In this document: piece after piece, positions 19,301 to 28,420 of the stretch | Layout: each line of letters starts with the position of its first letter | Position numbering within the stretch: position 1 is the stretch's first letter | NCBI GenBank assembly: GCA_045593725.1 | Contig: JAZNXE010000026.1 | Coordinates: forward strand, 20,646 to 84,645 | DNA length: 64,000 nucleotides | Direction of reading: 5' to 3' | DNA from: Eubacteriales bacterium | GTDB taxonomy: Bacteria; Bacillota; Clostridia; Oscillospirales; CAG-272 | Position numbers and translations under genes: made by a program | The notes under the pieces: generated by a model | What the model was told of the DNA's origin: nothing | What the model saw: the letters and a program-made list of their open reading frames with translations, nothing else | Database searches by the model: none

Positions 19301-19891
19301 ATAGGTAGCCACGGCGGGATAAATATCAAAAATTCCTCCTCGGAGAGCGAACTGCCCCGCCGCGTCAACAAGCTCCACCCTTACGTAGCCCGCATCGGTG
19401 AGCGCCTGTGCCAGCACGGTTGGCTCTATAACAGTCTTTCCGTATTCGATAACCTGATTTGCCGCTATAAGCCGCTCGGGCGGTATCGTATATCCAAGCG
19501 CCGCATCGGGTGTGGTCACCACTGCGTCATACTGTCCGTAAAGCAGTCCCGAAAGCACCTTAAGCCTCTCATGCTCGTACTCATGGGAGGCTGTAATGTT
19601 ATAAAAGGTCAGGTCCCTGCCTGTGAAAAATCCTACTCGGAAGCCCTGTTTCTTGAGAAAAGAACGAAGTCTTACACACTCCTTCTCGTCGGAGCAGATA
19701 AGAAGCGCCGCTCTCTTGTCCTTGACCTTAAGGTCTGAAAGCAACGACGCATATACCGCGTCGGTAGCGCCGTCGCAAAGGCCCGAAACCAGAGTAGGCA
19801 TAGGTGTGCGAGCGGCTTTAGTATTCACTATCGCCGAAAAAAGCTGTGAATACTCCCTGTCACTTCGCACAAAATCTGTTACTGTACTCAT
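16313..19891 (-). CDS. mfd: Transcription-repair coupling factor Mfd
   Basis: A 1192-aa ORF with a CarD-like region (VVHEIHGIGQY), a Walker A motif (GDVGFGKTEV), DEEQRFGV and a helicase C-terminal domain. Confidence 0.95.
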   Translation of the reverse strand: MSTVTDFVRSDREYSQLFSAIVNTKAARTPMPTLVSGLCDGATDAVYASLLSDLKVKDKRAALLICSDEKECVRLRSFLKKQGFRVGFFTGRDLTFYNITASHEYEHERLKVLSGLLYGQYDAVVTTPDAALGYTIPPERLIAANQVIEYGKTVIEPTVLAQALTDAGYVRVELVDAAGQFALRGGIFDIYPAVATYTDIDGNVSVETAPFRIELFGDEIDRMEIFDPETQRMTLTLDKVEFPPARELLLDEQGKEALKQTVISWREKSKDERAREEMWREISAIEGRNELNFLDKYLTFVYPERVCLLDYFSRQSTVFIRNTTAVYERIKAAQWHIDQTVEELLEGGTIAPKYTDYTKSEEMFNLFLDGAAVVHFDSLGQGMSGKRLGAMFNFRTKHMVSYSENLELLCEDIESYKRGGYRLYILAENEAAAKNLCSVLNGKGISAVSETDSGEYTFETLPKSVILVGWRYIVKGYEMTTPRVAVLSTVPESREGAYTASSKLKKRKKKRSGAETILSYNDLEVGDFVVHEIHGIGQYMGIENLKVDGVSRDYINIRYAGSDRLFLPVDKLDMVSKYIGAHSDDGLVKLSRFGGGEWGRAKSRAKAAVKDIAKDLIKLYAERERRPGFAFPEDDELQADFEAAFDYDETEGQLAAIEDIKEDMMKPVPMDRLLCGDVGFGKTEVAMRAAYKAVLGGKQVAILVPTTILALQHYQTLVSRMRAFSVNVDMISRFRTPKQQALSLRKLKRGDTDVIVGTHRLIGKDIEFKDLGLLIVDEEQRFGVAQKEKLKQMSGNIDVLTLTATPIPRTLNMAMGGIRDISVLDEAPGDRLPVQTYVLEHDELILIEAIRRELRRGGQVFYLYNFVESIDSCAAKIAKAIPDARITVAHGRMDKEELEDIWSEMLSGEIDILVCTTIIETGVDIPNANTLIVENAQRLGLSQLHQIRGRVGRSSRRAYAYFTYPKDRTVNEIATKRLEAIRDYAEFGAGFKIAIRDLEIRGAGNLLGAEQHGHLDAVGYELYIKLLNEAVLEEKGEAIPEKKECTVTLRCDAFISEKYVPYSAQRMGLYKRIAMLQTREDKEDIIDELIDRYGDIPKATMDLLTIALVRAAAMKCGILNIVEEQSEIRILPSAFDFEVWSELSDDPEYKGRIKVIMSEPPSVVLKKQRGDNVPDMLLTLFEKYAVLLTQYI

Positions 19892-19915
19892 ATCCCTCTT
19901 TAATCTGTGTGTATG

Positions 19916-20548
19916 TTATTTGCCGTTACATATCTGCATTGCAGCCTCGGTATCTCCCATAAGCATCTTACAAAGTCCCTCATAGACCTTGGGGTGACAT
20001 TCCGAGATAGATTGCATATCTTTGGCATCGAAGCTTGAAAGCACCCAGCTTGCAAGGTCATAATCGGGATGAGGCTTTGCGCCTATTCCTACCTTTATGC
20101 GCTGATAATCCTGTGAGCCTAAGTGCTGCTCTATACTGCGCAGACCGTTCTGACCTCCGTGGCTACCCTTGCGGCGTATGCGAACACGCCCCACGTCAAG
20201 GCTGATGTCGTCAGATATTACTATTATATTTTCGGGAGGTATCTTGTAAAACTTAGCCGCCGCCCCTACTGCCTCTCCAGATGAATTCATAAAGGTCTGA
20301 GGCTTCATTAGAAGCACTCTTTTTCCTTCTATCACCGCTTCTCCCACGAGGGCTGAGAACCTTGCCCTGTCTATTCTTGCGTTGCAGCGACCTGAAATAT
20401 AATCTATTGCCATAAATCCCGCGTTGTGTCTGGTCTTGGCATATTCCGCCCCTGGATTTCCCAAGCCTGCCACTATATATTCCACGTTACCCTTAGGCTC
20501 ATCGCCGCCCGAAGATATCTGCTTAAATAAATCAAAAATATTAGCCAT
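19916..20548 (-). CDS. pth: Peptidyl-tRNA hydrolase
   Basis: It contains VAGLGNPGAEYAKTRHNAGF. I prefer the start at MANIF (20548), because a TGTATAAT -10 box lies inside the longer ORF-track version. Confidence 0.88.
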   Translation of the reverse strand: MANIFDLFKQISSGGDEPKGNVEYIVAGLGNPGAEYAKTRHNAGFMAIDYISGRCNARIDRARFSALVGEAVIEGKRVLLMKPQTFMNSSGEAVGAAAKFYKIPPENIIVISDDISLDVGRVRIRRKGSHGGQNGLRSIEQHLGSQDYQRIKVGIGAKPHPDYDLASWVLSSFDAKDMQSISECHPKVYEGLCKMLMGDTEAAMQICNGK

Positions 20549-20810
20549 ATCAACTACCCGTATCTTTATACTTATCTTAACCATTATATTATACAAATGT
20601 TAAAAAATCAACCGACAAAAGAGCTTTTTTATGCCGTTCATAAAAAATTTACATGTTATGCTTCTTTTATTTTTAAAAATAAGGTGGTCTTTTTGGGAAA
20701 AATATGGTATAATATACAGCGCGCTGCGGCGTATAGGGTGTTTTATGCCCAAAAAATCCCGTGCGCAGATAGCAATGTCAAAAATTTTATTTATATGGAG
20801 GTACATTCCA

Positions 20811-23435
20811 ATGGCAAAGAAGTATTGTTATCTCTTCTCCGAGGGTAACGCAAGTATGCGTGAGATCCTTGGCGGTAAGGGAGCAAACCTCGCTGAGATG
20901 ACCAATATCGGTCTTCCCGTTCCCCAGGGCTTCACAATTTCTACCGAAGCCTGCACTCAGTACTATGAAGACGGCCGTCAGATCAATGATGATATTATGG
21001 CTGAAATCATGGAGTACATCGTAAAGATGGAAGGCGTTACCGGCAAAAAGTTCGGTGACCTTGAGAACCCCCTTCTCGTTTCCGTTCGTTCCGGTGCGCG
21101 CGCATCCATGCCCGGTATGATGGACACCATCCTCAACCTCGGTCTTAACGAGGATGTTGTTGAGGTTATGGCTAAAAAGTCAGGAAACGCTCGTTGGGCA
21201 TATGACTGCTACAGAAGATTTATCCAGATGTACTCCGACGTCGTTATGGAAGTCGGCAAGAAGTACTTCGAGGAGCTTATCGACGAGATGAAGGCTGCTA
21301 AGGGAGTTACCCTTGACGTTGACCTCACCGCTGATGACCTCAAGGAGCTTGCTAACCAATTCAAGGCTGAGTACAAGTCCAAGATCGGTCAGGACTTCCC
21401 CTCCGATCCTAAGGAGCAGCTCATTGGCGCAGTTAAGGCTGTATTCCGTTCTTGGGACAACCCCAGAGCAAACGTGTACCGCCGCGACAACGATATTCCC
21501 TACTCTTGGGGTACCGCTGTAAACGTACAGGCAATGGCATTCGGTAACATGGGTGATAACTGTGGTACCGGAGTTGCATTCACCCGCGACCCCGCTACCG
21601 GCGAGAAGAAGATGATGGGTGAGTTCCTTACCAACGCACAGGGTGAGGACGTTGTTGCAGGTGTTCGTACGCCTATGCCTATCGCGGAGATGGCTAACAA
21701 GTTCCCCGCAGCTTACGAGCAGTTCGTAAAGGTTTGCGACATTCTTGAGAACCACTATCACGATATGCAGGATATGGAGTTCACCATTGAGAACGAAAAG
21801 CTCTACATGCTCCAGACCAGAAACGGTAAGAGAACCGCTCAGGCTGCTCTCCAGATCGCTGTTGACCTCGTTGCAGAGGGACACAAGACCGAGCAGGAAG
21901 CTGTTCTTATGATAGACCCCAGAAACCTCGATACTCTTCTCCATCCCCAGTTTGACGCAAAGGCTCTCAAGGCTGCTACTCCTATGGGTAAGGGTCTTGG
22001 CGCATCTCCCGGTGCGGCTTGCGGTCAGGTAGTATTCTCTGCTGAGGATGCTGAGGCTTGGAAAAATGCAGGTAAGAAGGTAATTCTCGTTCGCCTTGAG
22101 ACTTCTCCCGAGGATATCACGGGTATGAAGGCTGCTCAGGGTATCCTCACCGTTCGCGGCGGTATGACCTCTCACGCAGCTGTTGTTGCAAGAGGTATGG
22201 GTAAGTGCTGCGTTTCCGGTTGTGGCGATATCGCTATGGACGAGGAAAACAAGAAGTTCACTCTTAACGGTAAGACCTACGTTGAAGGCGACTACATCTC
22301 CATCAACGGTTCTACCGGTGCAATCTACGACGGCATCATTCCTACCGTTGACGCAGAGATTTCCGGCAACTTCGGAACCATCATGGGCTGGGCAGACAAG
22401 TTCCGTACCCTTAAGGTAAGAACTAACGCTGATACTCCCGCTGATGCGAAGAAGGCTCGTGAGCTGGGCGCTGAGGGTATCGGTCTTTGCCGTACCGAGC
22501 ACATGTTCTTTGAGGCTGACAGAATCGCGGCATTCAGAGAGATGATCTGCGCTGACACCGCTGCCGAGAGAGAAGTTGCTCTTGAAAAGATCCTTCCCTA
22601 CCAGCAGTCTGACTTCGAGAAGCTCTACGAGGCACTCGAGGGAACTCCCGTATGTATCAGATTCCTTGATCCCCCTCTCCACGAGTTCGTTCCTACCACC
22701 GAGGAGGACATCGCTCTCCTTGCAAAGGCACAGGGCAAGACCGTTGAAGATATCAAGGCTATAATCGCTTCTCTCCACGAGTTCAACCCCATGATGGGTC
22801 ACCGTGGATGCCGTCTTGCAGTTACCTACCCTGAGATCGCAGCAATGCAGACCAAGGCAGTTATCCGCGCGGCTATCAACACCAAGAAGGCACACGCTGA
22901 CTGGAACGTTGTTCCCGAAATTATGATTCCTCTCGTAGGCGACGTTAAGGAGCTTAAGTACGTTAAGAGCGTAGTTGTTGCTACCGCTGACGCTGAGATC
23001 GCAGCAGCAGGCGTTGAGCTTAAGTACGAGGTTGGTACCATGATCGAGATTCCCAGAGCATGTCTTACCGCTGATGAGATCGCTGCTAACGCAGACTTCT
23101 TCTGCTTCGGTACTAACGACCTTACTCAGATGACCTACGGCTTCTCACGTGACGACGCAGGTAAGTTCCTTGAGGCTTACTATGATGCTAAGATCTTCGA
23201 GAACGATCCCTTCGCTAAGCTCGACACCACCGGTGTTGGTAAGCTCATGAACATGGCTATCCAGCTCGGCAGACCCGTTAACCCCAAGCTCCACGTAGGT
23301 ATCTGCGGTGAGCACGGTGGCGACCCCACGTCTGTTGAGTTCTGCCATAACATTGGACTTGATTACGTATCCTGCTCTCCCTTCCGTGTTCCGATTGCTC
23401 GTCTTGCTGCTGCTCAGGCTGCTCTTAAGAAGTAA
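20811..23435 (+). CDS. ppdK: Pyruvate, phosphate dikinase
   Basis: It starts MAKKYCYLFSEG...GGKGANLAEM and contains the phospho-His loop GGMTSHAAVVARG and CGEHGGDP. The true start at 20811 sits behind GGAGGT. The 60-codon N-terminal extension in the ORF track is not credible. Confidence 0.95.
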   Translation: MAKKYCYLFSEGNASMREILGGKGANLAEMTNIGLPVPQGFTISTEACTQYYEDGRQINDDIMAEIMEYIVKMEGVTGKKFGDLENPLLVSVRSGARASMPGMMDTILNLGLNEDVVEVMAKKSGNARWAYDCYRRFIQMYSDVVMEVGKKYFEELIDEMKAAKGVTLDVDLTADDLKELANQFKAEYKSKIGQDFPSDPKEQLIGAVKAVFRSWDNPRANVYRRDNDIPYSWGTAVNVQAMAFGNMGDNCGTGVAFTRDPATGEKKMMGEFLTNAQGEDVVAGVRTPMPIAEMANKFPAAYEQFVKVCDILENHYHDMQDMEFTIENEKLYMLQTRNGKRTAQAALQIAVDLVAEGHKTEQEAVLMIDPRNLDTLLHPQFDAKALKAATPMGKGLGASPGAACGQVVFSAEDAEAWKNAGKKVILVRLETSPEDITGMKAAQGILTVRGGMTSHAAVVARGMGKCCVSGCGDIAMDEENKKFTLNGKTYVEGDYISINGSTGAIYDGIIPTVDAEISGNFGTIMGWADKFRTLKVRTNADTPADAKKARELGAEGIGLCRTEHMFFEADRIAAFREMICADTAAEREVALEKILPYQQSDFEKLYEALEGTPVCIRFLDPPLHEFVPTTEEDIALLAKAQGKTVEDIKAIIASLHEFNPMMGHRGCRLAVTYPEIAAMQTKAVIRAAINTKKAHADWNVVPEIMIPLVGDVKELKYVKSVVVATADAEIAAAGVELKYEVGTMIEIPRACLTADEIAANADFFCFGTNDLTQMTYGFSRDDAGKFLEAYYDAKIFENDPFAKLDTTGVGKLMNMAIQLGRPVNPKLHVGICGEHGGDPTSVEFCHNIGLDYVSCSPFRVPIARLAAAQAALKK

Positions 23436-23472
23436 TCTACACTCGGTAAGAGAAAACTAAAAAAGCAAAAAT

Positions 23473-23503
23473 GCTCCCCGACAACAGTCGGGGAGCGATT
23501 TTT
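23473..23503 (+). terminator. Intrinsic terminator of ppdK
   Basis: GCTCCCCGAC-aaca-GTCGGGGAGC followed by GATTTTT. Confidence 0.8.
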
Positions 23504-23510
23504 ATGACAA

Positions 23511-23540
23511 CAAAAAGGCTGTTGCTTCGGCAACAGCCTT
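23511..23540 (-). terminator. Intrinsic terminator of gap
   Basis: On the minus strand: AGGCTGTTGC-cgaa-GCAACAGCCT followed by TTTTTG. Confidence 0.8.
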
Positions 23541-23554
23541 TTCTTATACAAAGA

Positions 23555-24574
23555 TTAGTTAAGCTCTGCGAAGTACTTGATTGTACGAACCATCTGGCTG
23601 GTGTAGGAGTTCTCGTTGTCGTACCAAGAAACAACCTGTACCTGATATGTGTCGTCATCAATCTTAGCTACCATAGTCTGAGTAGCGTCGAAGAGAGAAC
23701 CGTAGGTAATACCAATAACGTCAGAGGAAACGATCTGATCCTCGTTGTATCCGAAGGAAGCGGAAGAAGCAGCCTTCATAGCAGCGTTGATACCGTCAGC
23801 GGTGATGTCCTTACCCTTAACAACAGCTACGAGAATAGTGGTAGAACCTGTGCAGGTAGGAACTCTCTGAGCAGAACCGATGAGCTTGCCGTTAAGCTCG
23901 GGAATAACAAGACCGATTGCCTTTGCAGCGCCGGTAGAGTTAGGAACGATGTTCTGTGCGCCAGCGCGTGCGCGGCGGAGGTCACCCTTTCTGTGAGGAC
24001 CGTCGAGGATCATCTGGTCACCTGTGTAAGCGTGAACAGTGGTCATGATACCGCTCTGGATAGGAGCGTAGTCATTGAGAGCCTTAGCCATAGGAGCGAG
24101 GCAGTTGGTTGTACAAGAAGCAGCGGAGATGATCTTGTCATCAGCTGTAAGAGTCTTCTCGTTAACAGAGTAAACGATGGTCTTGAGGTCCTTTCCTGCG
24201 GGAGCGGAAATAACTACCTTCTTAGCGCCTGCGTTGATGTGAGCCATGGACTTCTCGGTAGAGCAGTAGAAGCCTGTGCACTCGAGGACAACGTCAACAC
24301 CAAGCTCACCCCAAGGGCAGTTAGCAGCATCCTTCTCAGCGTAGATCTTAAGAACCTTACCGTCAACAGTGATGGTGTTTGCCTCGTCGTCAGCAACAAC
24401 GGTGTGACCGTCGTAGCGACCCTGAGCGGTGTCGTACTTAAGAAGGTGAGCGAGCATAGAAGCCTTGGTAAGGTCGTTGATAGCAACGATCTCGTAACCC
24501 TCTGCGCCGAACATCTGTCTGAACGCAAGACGACCGATACGGCCAAAGCCGTTAATAGCAACTTTAACTGACAT
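23555..24574 (-). CDS. gap: Glyceraldehyde-3-phosphate dehydrogenase (type I)
   Basis: It contains NGFGRIGR and the active site [10 protein letters not shown]. The RBS is GGAGGA. Confidence 0.95.
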   Translation of the reverse strand: MSVKVAINGFGRIGRLAFRQMFGAEGYEIVAINDLTKASMLAHLLKYDTAQGRYDGHTVVADDEANTITVDGKVLKIYAEKDAANCPWGELGVDVVLECTGFYCSTEKSMAHINAGAKKVVISAPAGKDLKTIVYSVNEKTLTADDKIISAASCTTNCLAPMAKALNDYAPIQSGIMTTVHAYTGDQMILDGPHRKGDLRRARAGAQNIVPNSTGAAKAIGLVIPELNGKLIGSAQRVPTCTGSTTILVAVVKGKDITADGINAAMKAASSASFGYNEDQIVSSDVIGITYGSLFDATQTMVAKIDDDTYQVQVVSWYDNENSYTSQMVRTIKYFAELN

Positions 24575-24751
24575 AATGAAATTCCTCCATTTTTATAATA
24601 AAAATTTTTTCATTTTTACGGGAAGCCCACGCTTCCTCAATTATATATTTTAACTCATTTTCCACAAATATACAAGAGGTTTGACGAAATTTTCTCAATT
24701 TTGTATAAGTGCACTATTTTTTGTTAATAATCAACCAATTTATCATACATT

Positions 24752-25213
24752 TTAATAACATATTGCACAAATATTTATTATTCTTTTCTTTCTTCGTCTT
24801 GCCACCTGTAGTGATTTATATGCCCCACCGTAATTATGATCCACATATGCTATTATCAGATCCGCATTTTCCATCATCCATTCATTCCTTTTCGATATAG
24901 CAAATTTCGGCGGCACCTTCTCAATAGGCGGATATATCGAAGCGTCGAACAAGCCATATTCTTGCATTTCTTTTATTTTAGCCTGCTCTGATAAATTAAT
25001 ATAAGGAGTGACATAAACTATCTCTATACAGTTATATTTCTTTTTCAATTCCCTACAGACGCAAGAACAGATATCATCGAATTCGCCATAACCTCCAATA
25101 TAGCAGATTACTTTCTCTGCGTCAATAATATTATTTTCTATCTTCTCCCTTACCATTTCTTTTACTTTATTCCTCTCTGGGATAAAGGAATGCCCTGCAA
25201 AAGTAATTGTCAT
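24752..25213 (-). CDS. SLOG-fold protein of the DUF1273 / YpsA-YoqJ type
   Basis: The N-terminal half contains TFAGHS...GGYGEFDDIC, and the C-terminal half contains RNEWMMENADLIIAYVD..GGAYKSLQVARRRKKRIINI. Both match my memory of DUF1273. The start at 25213 (MTITFAGH) sits behind GAGAGG. The local region is AT-rich. Confidence 0.65.
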   Translation of the reverse strand: MTITFAGHSFIPERNKVKEMVREKIENNIIDAEKVICYIGGYGEFDDICSCVCRELKKKYNCIEIVYVTPYINLSEQAKIKEMQEYGLFDASIYPPIEKVPPKFAISKRNEWMMENADLIIAYVDHNYGGAYKSLQVARRRKKRIINICAICY

Positions 25214-25230
25214 AATATACCTCTCATCTT

Positions 25231-25349
25231 TCGTGGAATTCCACAATTTTCAAAGATATTATACAACTAAACAAAAACTTTGTCAATATCGTGGAATTCC
25301 ACGAGATAAATTTTTTATATTTACCTATAATAATTGTGGAATTCCGCAA
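25231..25349. promoter_or_regulatory. Divergent control region with three copies of the palindrome TYGTGGAATTCCRCRA
   Basis: The GTGGAATTCCAC core occurs at 25233-25244 and 25291-25302, and GTGGAATTCCGC at 25336-25347. The SLOG promoter TTGACA(25281-25286)-17-TATAAT(25258-25263) lies on the minus strand. A TATAAT at 25326-25331 lies on the plus strand. Confidence 0.7.
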
Positions 25350-25371
25350 AAAAGGTAGGTAAGATACAGTT

Positions 25372-25608
25372 ATGAAATTAAATGATGCTATCGTAAAGCG
25401 CATAGATGAAATTTGCAAGGAGCATAACAGCAATGTGTGTGATATTGCCCTACGCGGCGGAATGTCACCCTCCGCTATCTATGACCTTATCAAGGGAAGA
25501 ACGAAATGCTCCAAAATAATTACGGTAAAGCGCTTTTGCGAAGGAGCAGGCATTACTCTGTCCGAGTTCTTTGACAAAGAATACTTTAACGAACCCGAAG
25601 AGGATTGA
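25372..25608 (+). CDS. XRE-family helix-turn-helix transcriptional regulator (78 aa)
   Basis: The HTH_3-like segment is CDIALRGGMSPSAIYDLIKGRTKCSKIITVKRFCEGAGITLSEFF. Confidence 0.8.
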   Translation: MKLNDAIVKRIDEICKEHNSNVCDIALRGGMSPSAIYDLIKGRTKCSKIITVKRFCEGAGITLSEFFDKEYFNEPEED

Positions 25609-25616
25609 TTTTGAAA

Positions 25617-25658
25617 GCAAAAAAGCACTTATGGAAAGCCTTCCATAAGTGCTTTTTC
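25617..25658. terminator. Bidirectional terminator shared by the XRE gene and gdhA
   Basis: AAGCACTTATGGAA-agcc-TTCCATAAGTGCTT flanked by A and T runs. Confidence 0.8.
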
Positions 25659-25680
25659 ACTATATATTTACATATGATTA

Positions 25681-27033
25681 TCAGACCACGCCCTGAGCCT
25701 TCATAGCCTCAGCAACCTTGATAAAGCCCGCGATATTCGCGCCCGCTACAAGGTCGTCGCCAAGACCGTAGTCGTTTGCAGCCTTTACAGATGCCTCGAA
25801 GATATTCTTCATAATCATCTTAAGCTTCTCGTCAACCTCTTCCGCGGTCCAGCTGTAACGCATAGAGTTCTGGGACATCTCAAGACCCGAAACAGAAACA
25901 CCGCCCGCGTTAACTGCCTTGGAAGGAGCTATGATAACGCCGTTAGCCTTAAGATATGCAACAGCCTCGTTGGTAGTAGGCATATTGGATACCTCAACGT
26001 AGTACTTAACGCCGTTAGCAACTATCATCTGGGCTTCCTTCATATCTACCTCATTCTGAGTTGCGCAAGGCATAAGGATATCTGCCTTTACGCCCCAAGG
26101 CTTCTGACCTGCGAAGAACTCAACGCCGAACTTGTCAGCGTAGTCCTGAACTCTGTTACGGCAGGATGCTCTCATCTCGAGCATAAAGTCTATCTTCTCG
26201 GGAGTGCTGATTCCGTCGGGATCGTAGATATATCCGTCAGGACCCGAAATAGTAACTACCTTACCGCCAAGCTCGTTGACCTTCTTAACAGTACCCCAAG
26301 CAACGTTACCGAAGCCCGAAACCGCAAAGGTCTTGCCCTTTATATCATCGCCGAAGTGCTTGAGCATCTCCACAGTGTAGTAAACAGCGCCGTAGCCTGT
26401 CGCCTCGGGACGGATGAGAGAGCCGCCGTATGTAAGTCCCTTGCCTGTAAGAACGCCGGTGAACTCGTCGCGGAGTCTCTTGTACTGACCGTAGAGGTAG
26501 CCAATCTCACGCGCGCCAACGCCGATATCACCTGCGGGAACGTCGGTATCAGCGCCGATATACTTCTGAAGCTCGGTCATAAAGCTCTGGCAAAAGCGCA
26601 TAACCTCTGCGTCGGACTTGCCCTGAGGGTCGAAGTCGGAGCCACCCTTACCGCCGCCCATAGGAAGCGATGTAAGAGAGTTTTTGAAGGTCTGCTCAAA
26701 GCCGAGGAACTTTATAATGCTCTCGTTTACGGAAGGATGGAAGCGCAGACCTCCCTTGTAAGGACCGATAGCGCTGTTGAACTGAATACGGAAGCCGCGG
26801 TTTACCTGAACGTTTCCGTTGTCATCAACCCACGGAACACGGAACTTGATTATTCTCTCGGGCTCTACCATTCTTTCGATAACGCCTGCCTTAACAAGGT
26901 CGGGGCGAGCCTCGATAACAGGCTCGATAGACTCAAGAACTTCCTTTACTGTCTGGTGAAATTCGGGCTCATTGGGGTTTCTCTTGATTACTCTCTCCAT
27001 GAGCTCATTGAGATACTGATTTTTGAAACTCAT
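25681..27033 (-). CDS. gdhA: NADP-specific glutamate dehydrogenase
   Basis: It contains KGGLRFHPSVN and GGGKGGSDFDP. The start at MSFKNQY (27033) sits behind AGGAAGG. The 37-codon extension in the ORF track covers the promoter. Confidence 0.94.
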   Translation of the reverse strand: MSFKNQYLNELMERVIKRNPNEPEFHQTVKEVLESIEPVIEARPDLVKAGVIERMVEPERIIKFRVPWVDDNGNVQVNRGFRIQFNSAIGPYKGGLRFHPSVNESIIKFLGFEQTFKNSLTSLPMGGGKGGSDFDPQGKSDAEVMRFCQSFMTELQKYIGADTDVPAGDIGVGAREIGYLYGQYKRLRDEFTGVLTGKGLTYGGSLIRPEATGYGAVYYTVEMLKHFGDDIKGKTFAVSGFGNVAWGTVKKVNELGGKVVTISGPDGYIYDPDGISTPEKIDFMLEMRASCRNRVQDYADKFGVEFFAGQKPWGVKADILMPCATQNEVDMKEAQMIVANGVKYYVEVSNMPTTNEAVAYLKANGVIIAPSKAVNAGGVSVSGLEMSQNSMRYSWTAEEVDEKLKMIMKNIFEASVKAANDYGLGDDLVAGANIAGFIKVAEAMKAQGVV

Positions 27034-27115
27034 TTTCAAATACCTTCCTAAAAATAGATTTACGAAAATCTCGGAATTGCAAGTTTTGCTTTTCGATATT
27101 TCAAATAATGGAATA

Positions 27116-27144
27116 ATTATAGCACAAGCGCAATCTCTTGTCAA
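27116..27144 (-). promoter_or_regulatory. Consensus promoter of gdhA (TTGACA-17-TATAAT)
   Basis: On the minus strand it reads TTGACAagagattgcgcttgtgcTATAAT. Confidence 0.65.
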
Positions 27145-27155
27145 TAAATTTGCGC

Positions 27156-27188
27156 AAAAAAATCCGCACTATTTTCATAGTGCGGAGC
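27156..27188 (-). terminator. Intrinsic terminator of serA
   Basis: On the minus strand: CTCCGCACTAtgaaaaTAGTGCGGA followed by TTTTTTT. Confidence 0.8.
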
Positions 27189-27205
27189 TTTTGTTCAGGT
27201 TAAAG

Positions 27206-28354
27206 TCAAATAGCGTAAGCCTTGTAAACCTCATCCATTGCGTTCAACGCCTTAACAGCGTCGCAAGCGCATCCGTTTACGTCAACGATAGTATAAGCAT
27301 TCTCGCCGCGAGTCTTGCTCGTGATAGCAACAACACTACCGACTGCCGCGGTAATCTTTGCAACCATATCGTCACCTGCAACGTGGAGAACGCAAATCCT
27401 CTTCTCGCCGCTTCTCGCCATTTCAAGGTTGGGAAAGTTTACGCTGTTCTTGATGTTTCCGTTGCGAAGGAAATCGTCAAGCTGGAGAGCAGCCATAACC
27501 GCGCAGTTATCCTCGGACTCTGCGGTAGATGCGCCAAGATGAGGAATAGCAACTATTCCCTTTACGCCCACGGTTTCCTCTGTGGGGAAATCGGTAACGT
27601 AAGAAGCTACCTTTCCGCTCTCAAGAGCTGTCTTTATATCAGCGTTGTTAACAAGGTCAGCACGCGCAAGGTTTATAACTCTTACGCCGTCCTTCATTGT
27701 AGCCAGAGTGTCCGCGTTTATCATTCCCTTAGTGTCCTTGGTTGCGGGAACGTGGAGAGTAAGGTAATCAGCCTTTGCGAATACCTCGTCAAAGGTAGCA
27801 GCCTTCTGTACCGCGGGATTGAGCTTCCAAGCGGCGTCAACGCTCATAAAGGGGTCACAGCCCACAACCTTCATACCAAGGTCGATAGCAGCGTTAGCAA
27901 CCAAAGCTCCAATTGCGCCAAGACCGATAACACCAAGGGTCTTACCCTTAACCTCAACGCCCGCGAACTTGGACTTGCCCGCCTCAACAGCCTTAGCAAC
28001 GCCCTCTGTTCCAACGAGAGTATCCGCCCACTTGATAGCGCCCGCTACGTCACGGGAAGCCAGCATAAGAGCGCATACAGCAAGCTCCTTAACTCCGTTT
28101 GCGTTAGCGCCGGGAGTATTGAAAACAACGATACCCTCCTTCGCGCAGCGGTCAACGGGAATATTGTTTACACCCGCTCCGGCTCTCGCGATAGCCTTAA
28201 GCTCCGCGCCAAAGGTCATTTCGTGCATAACCGCGGAACGAACCATAATAGCGTCGGGGGCGTCTATATCGGCGGTAGCAACGTTATATTCGTTCTTGTC
28301 GAGAAGGTCGGTGCCGCAAGCGGCAATCTTATTAAGACAAAGTATGTTCTTCAT
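27206..28354 (-). CDS. serA: D-3-phosphoglycerate dehydrogenase with a C-terminal ACT-like domain
   Basis: A 382-aa 2-hydroxyacid dehydrogenase with an NAD-binding motif (GVIGLGAIG). It lies adjacent to serC. Confidence 0.88.
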   Translation of the reverse strand: MKNILCLNKIAACGTDLLDKNEYNVATADIDAPDAIMVRSAVMHEMTFGAELKAIARAGAGVNNIPVDRCAKEGIVVFNTPGANANGVKELAVCALMLASRDVAGAIKWADTLVGTEGVAKAVEAGKSKFAGVEVKGKTLGVIGLGAIGALVANAAIDLGMKVVGCDPFMSVDAAWKLNPAVQKAATFDEVFAKADYLTLHVPATKDTKGMINADTLATMKDGVRVINLARADLVNNADIKTALESGKVASYVTDFPTEETVGVKGIVAIPHLGASTAESEDNCAVMAALQLDDFLRNGNIKNSVNFPNLEMARSGEKRICVLHVAGDDMVAKITAAVGSVVAITSKTRGENAYTIVDVNGCACDAVKALNAMDEVYKAYAI

Positions 28355-28420
28355 TTTGTTTTCCTCATTAAATAATTATAAATTGAGGGCAGGACAACGC
28401 CCTGCCCTTTCGGTTTCAAT

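Noticed and set aside
20631-20810. N-terminal extensions offered by the ORF track. The affected genes are ppdK, gdhA to 27144, the HAD hydrolase to 38658, pth to 20596, the LRR gene from 45129, alaS from 42230 and DUF1934 from 49546.
   Set aside because: The extensions run through AT-rich promoter, terminator or leader sequence. In each case an internal start preceded by a GGAGG-type RBS matches the conserved N-terminus of the family.
21180-22895. A 571-aa ORF antisense to ppdK. Similar long antisense ORFs lie at 23471-24571 (366 aa, opposite gap), 33708-35480 (590 aa, opposite tkt), 3824-5392, 27023-28375, 47975-49258, 38793-39881 and 43601-44734.
   Set aside because: Where I checked the phase (gap), the antisense ORF is codon-aligned with the real gene: both have codon boundaries at positions congruent to 2 mod 3. 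Stops in that frame arise only from sense TTA, CTA or TCA codons, which these strongly biased genes avoid. The predicted peptides are low-complexity (rich in S/L/V/G/R) with no RBS or motif. The sense genes are unambiguous.
24600-25680. Possible direct repeats marking the borders of the AT-rich SLOG/XRE islet (ATAAGTGC..CACTAT near 24703 and 25645).
   Set aside because: Only an 8-mer plus a short shuffled match is shared. The right-hand copy is simply one arm of the bidirectional terminator. This is not convincing as att sites.
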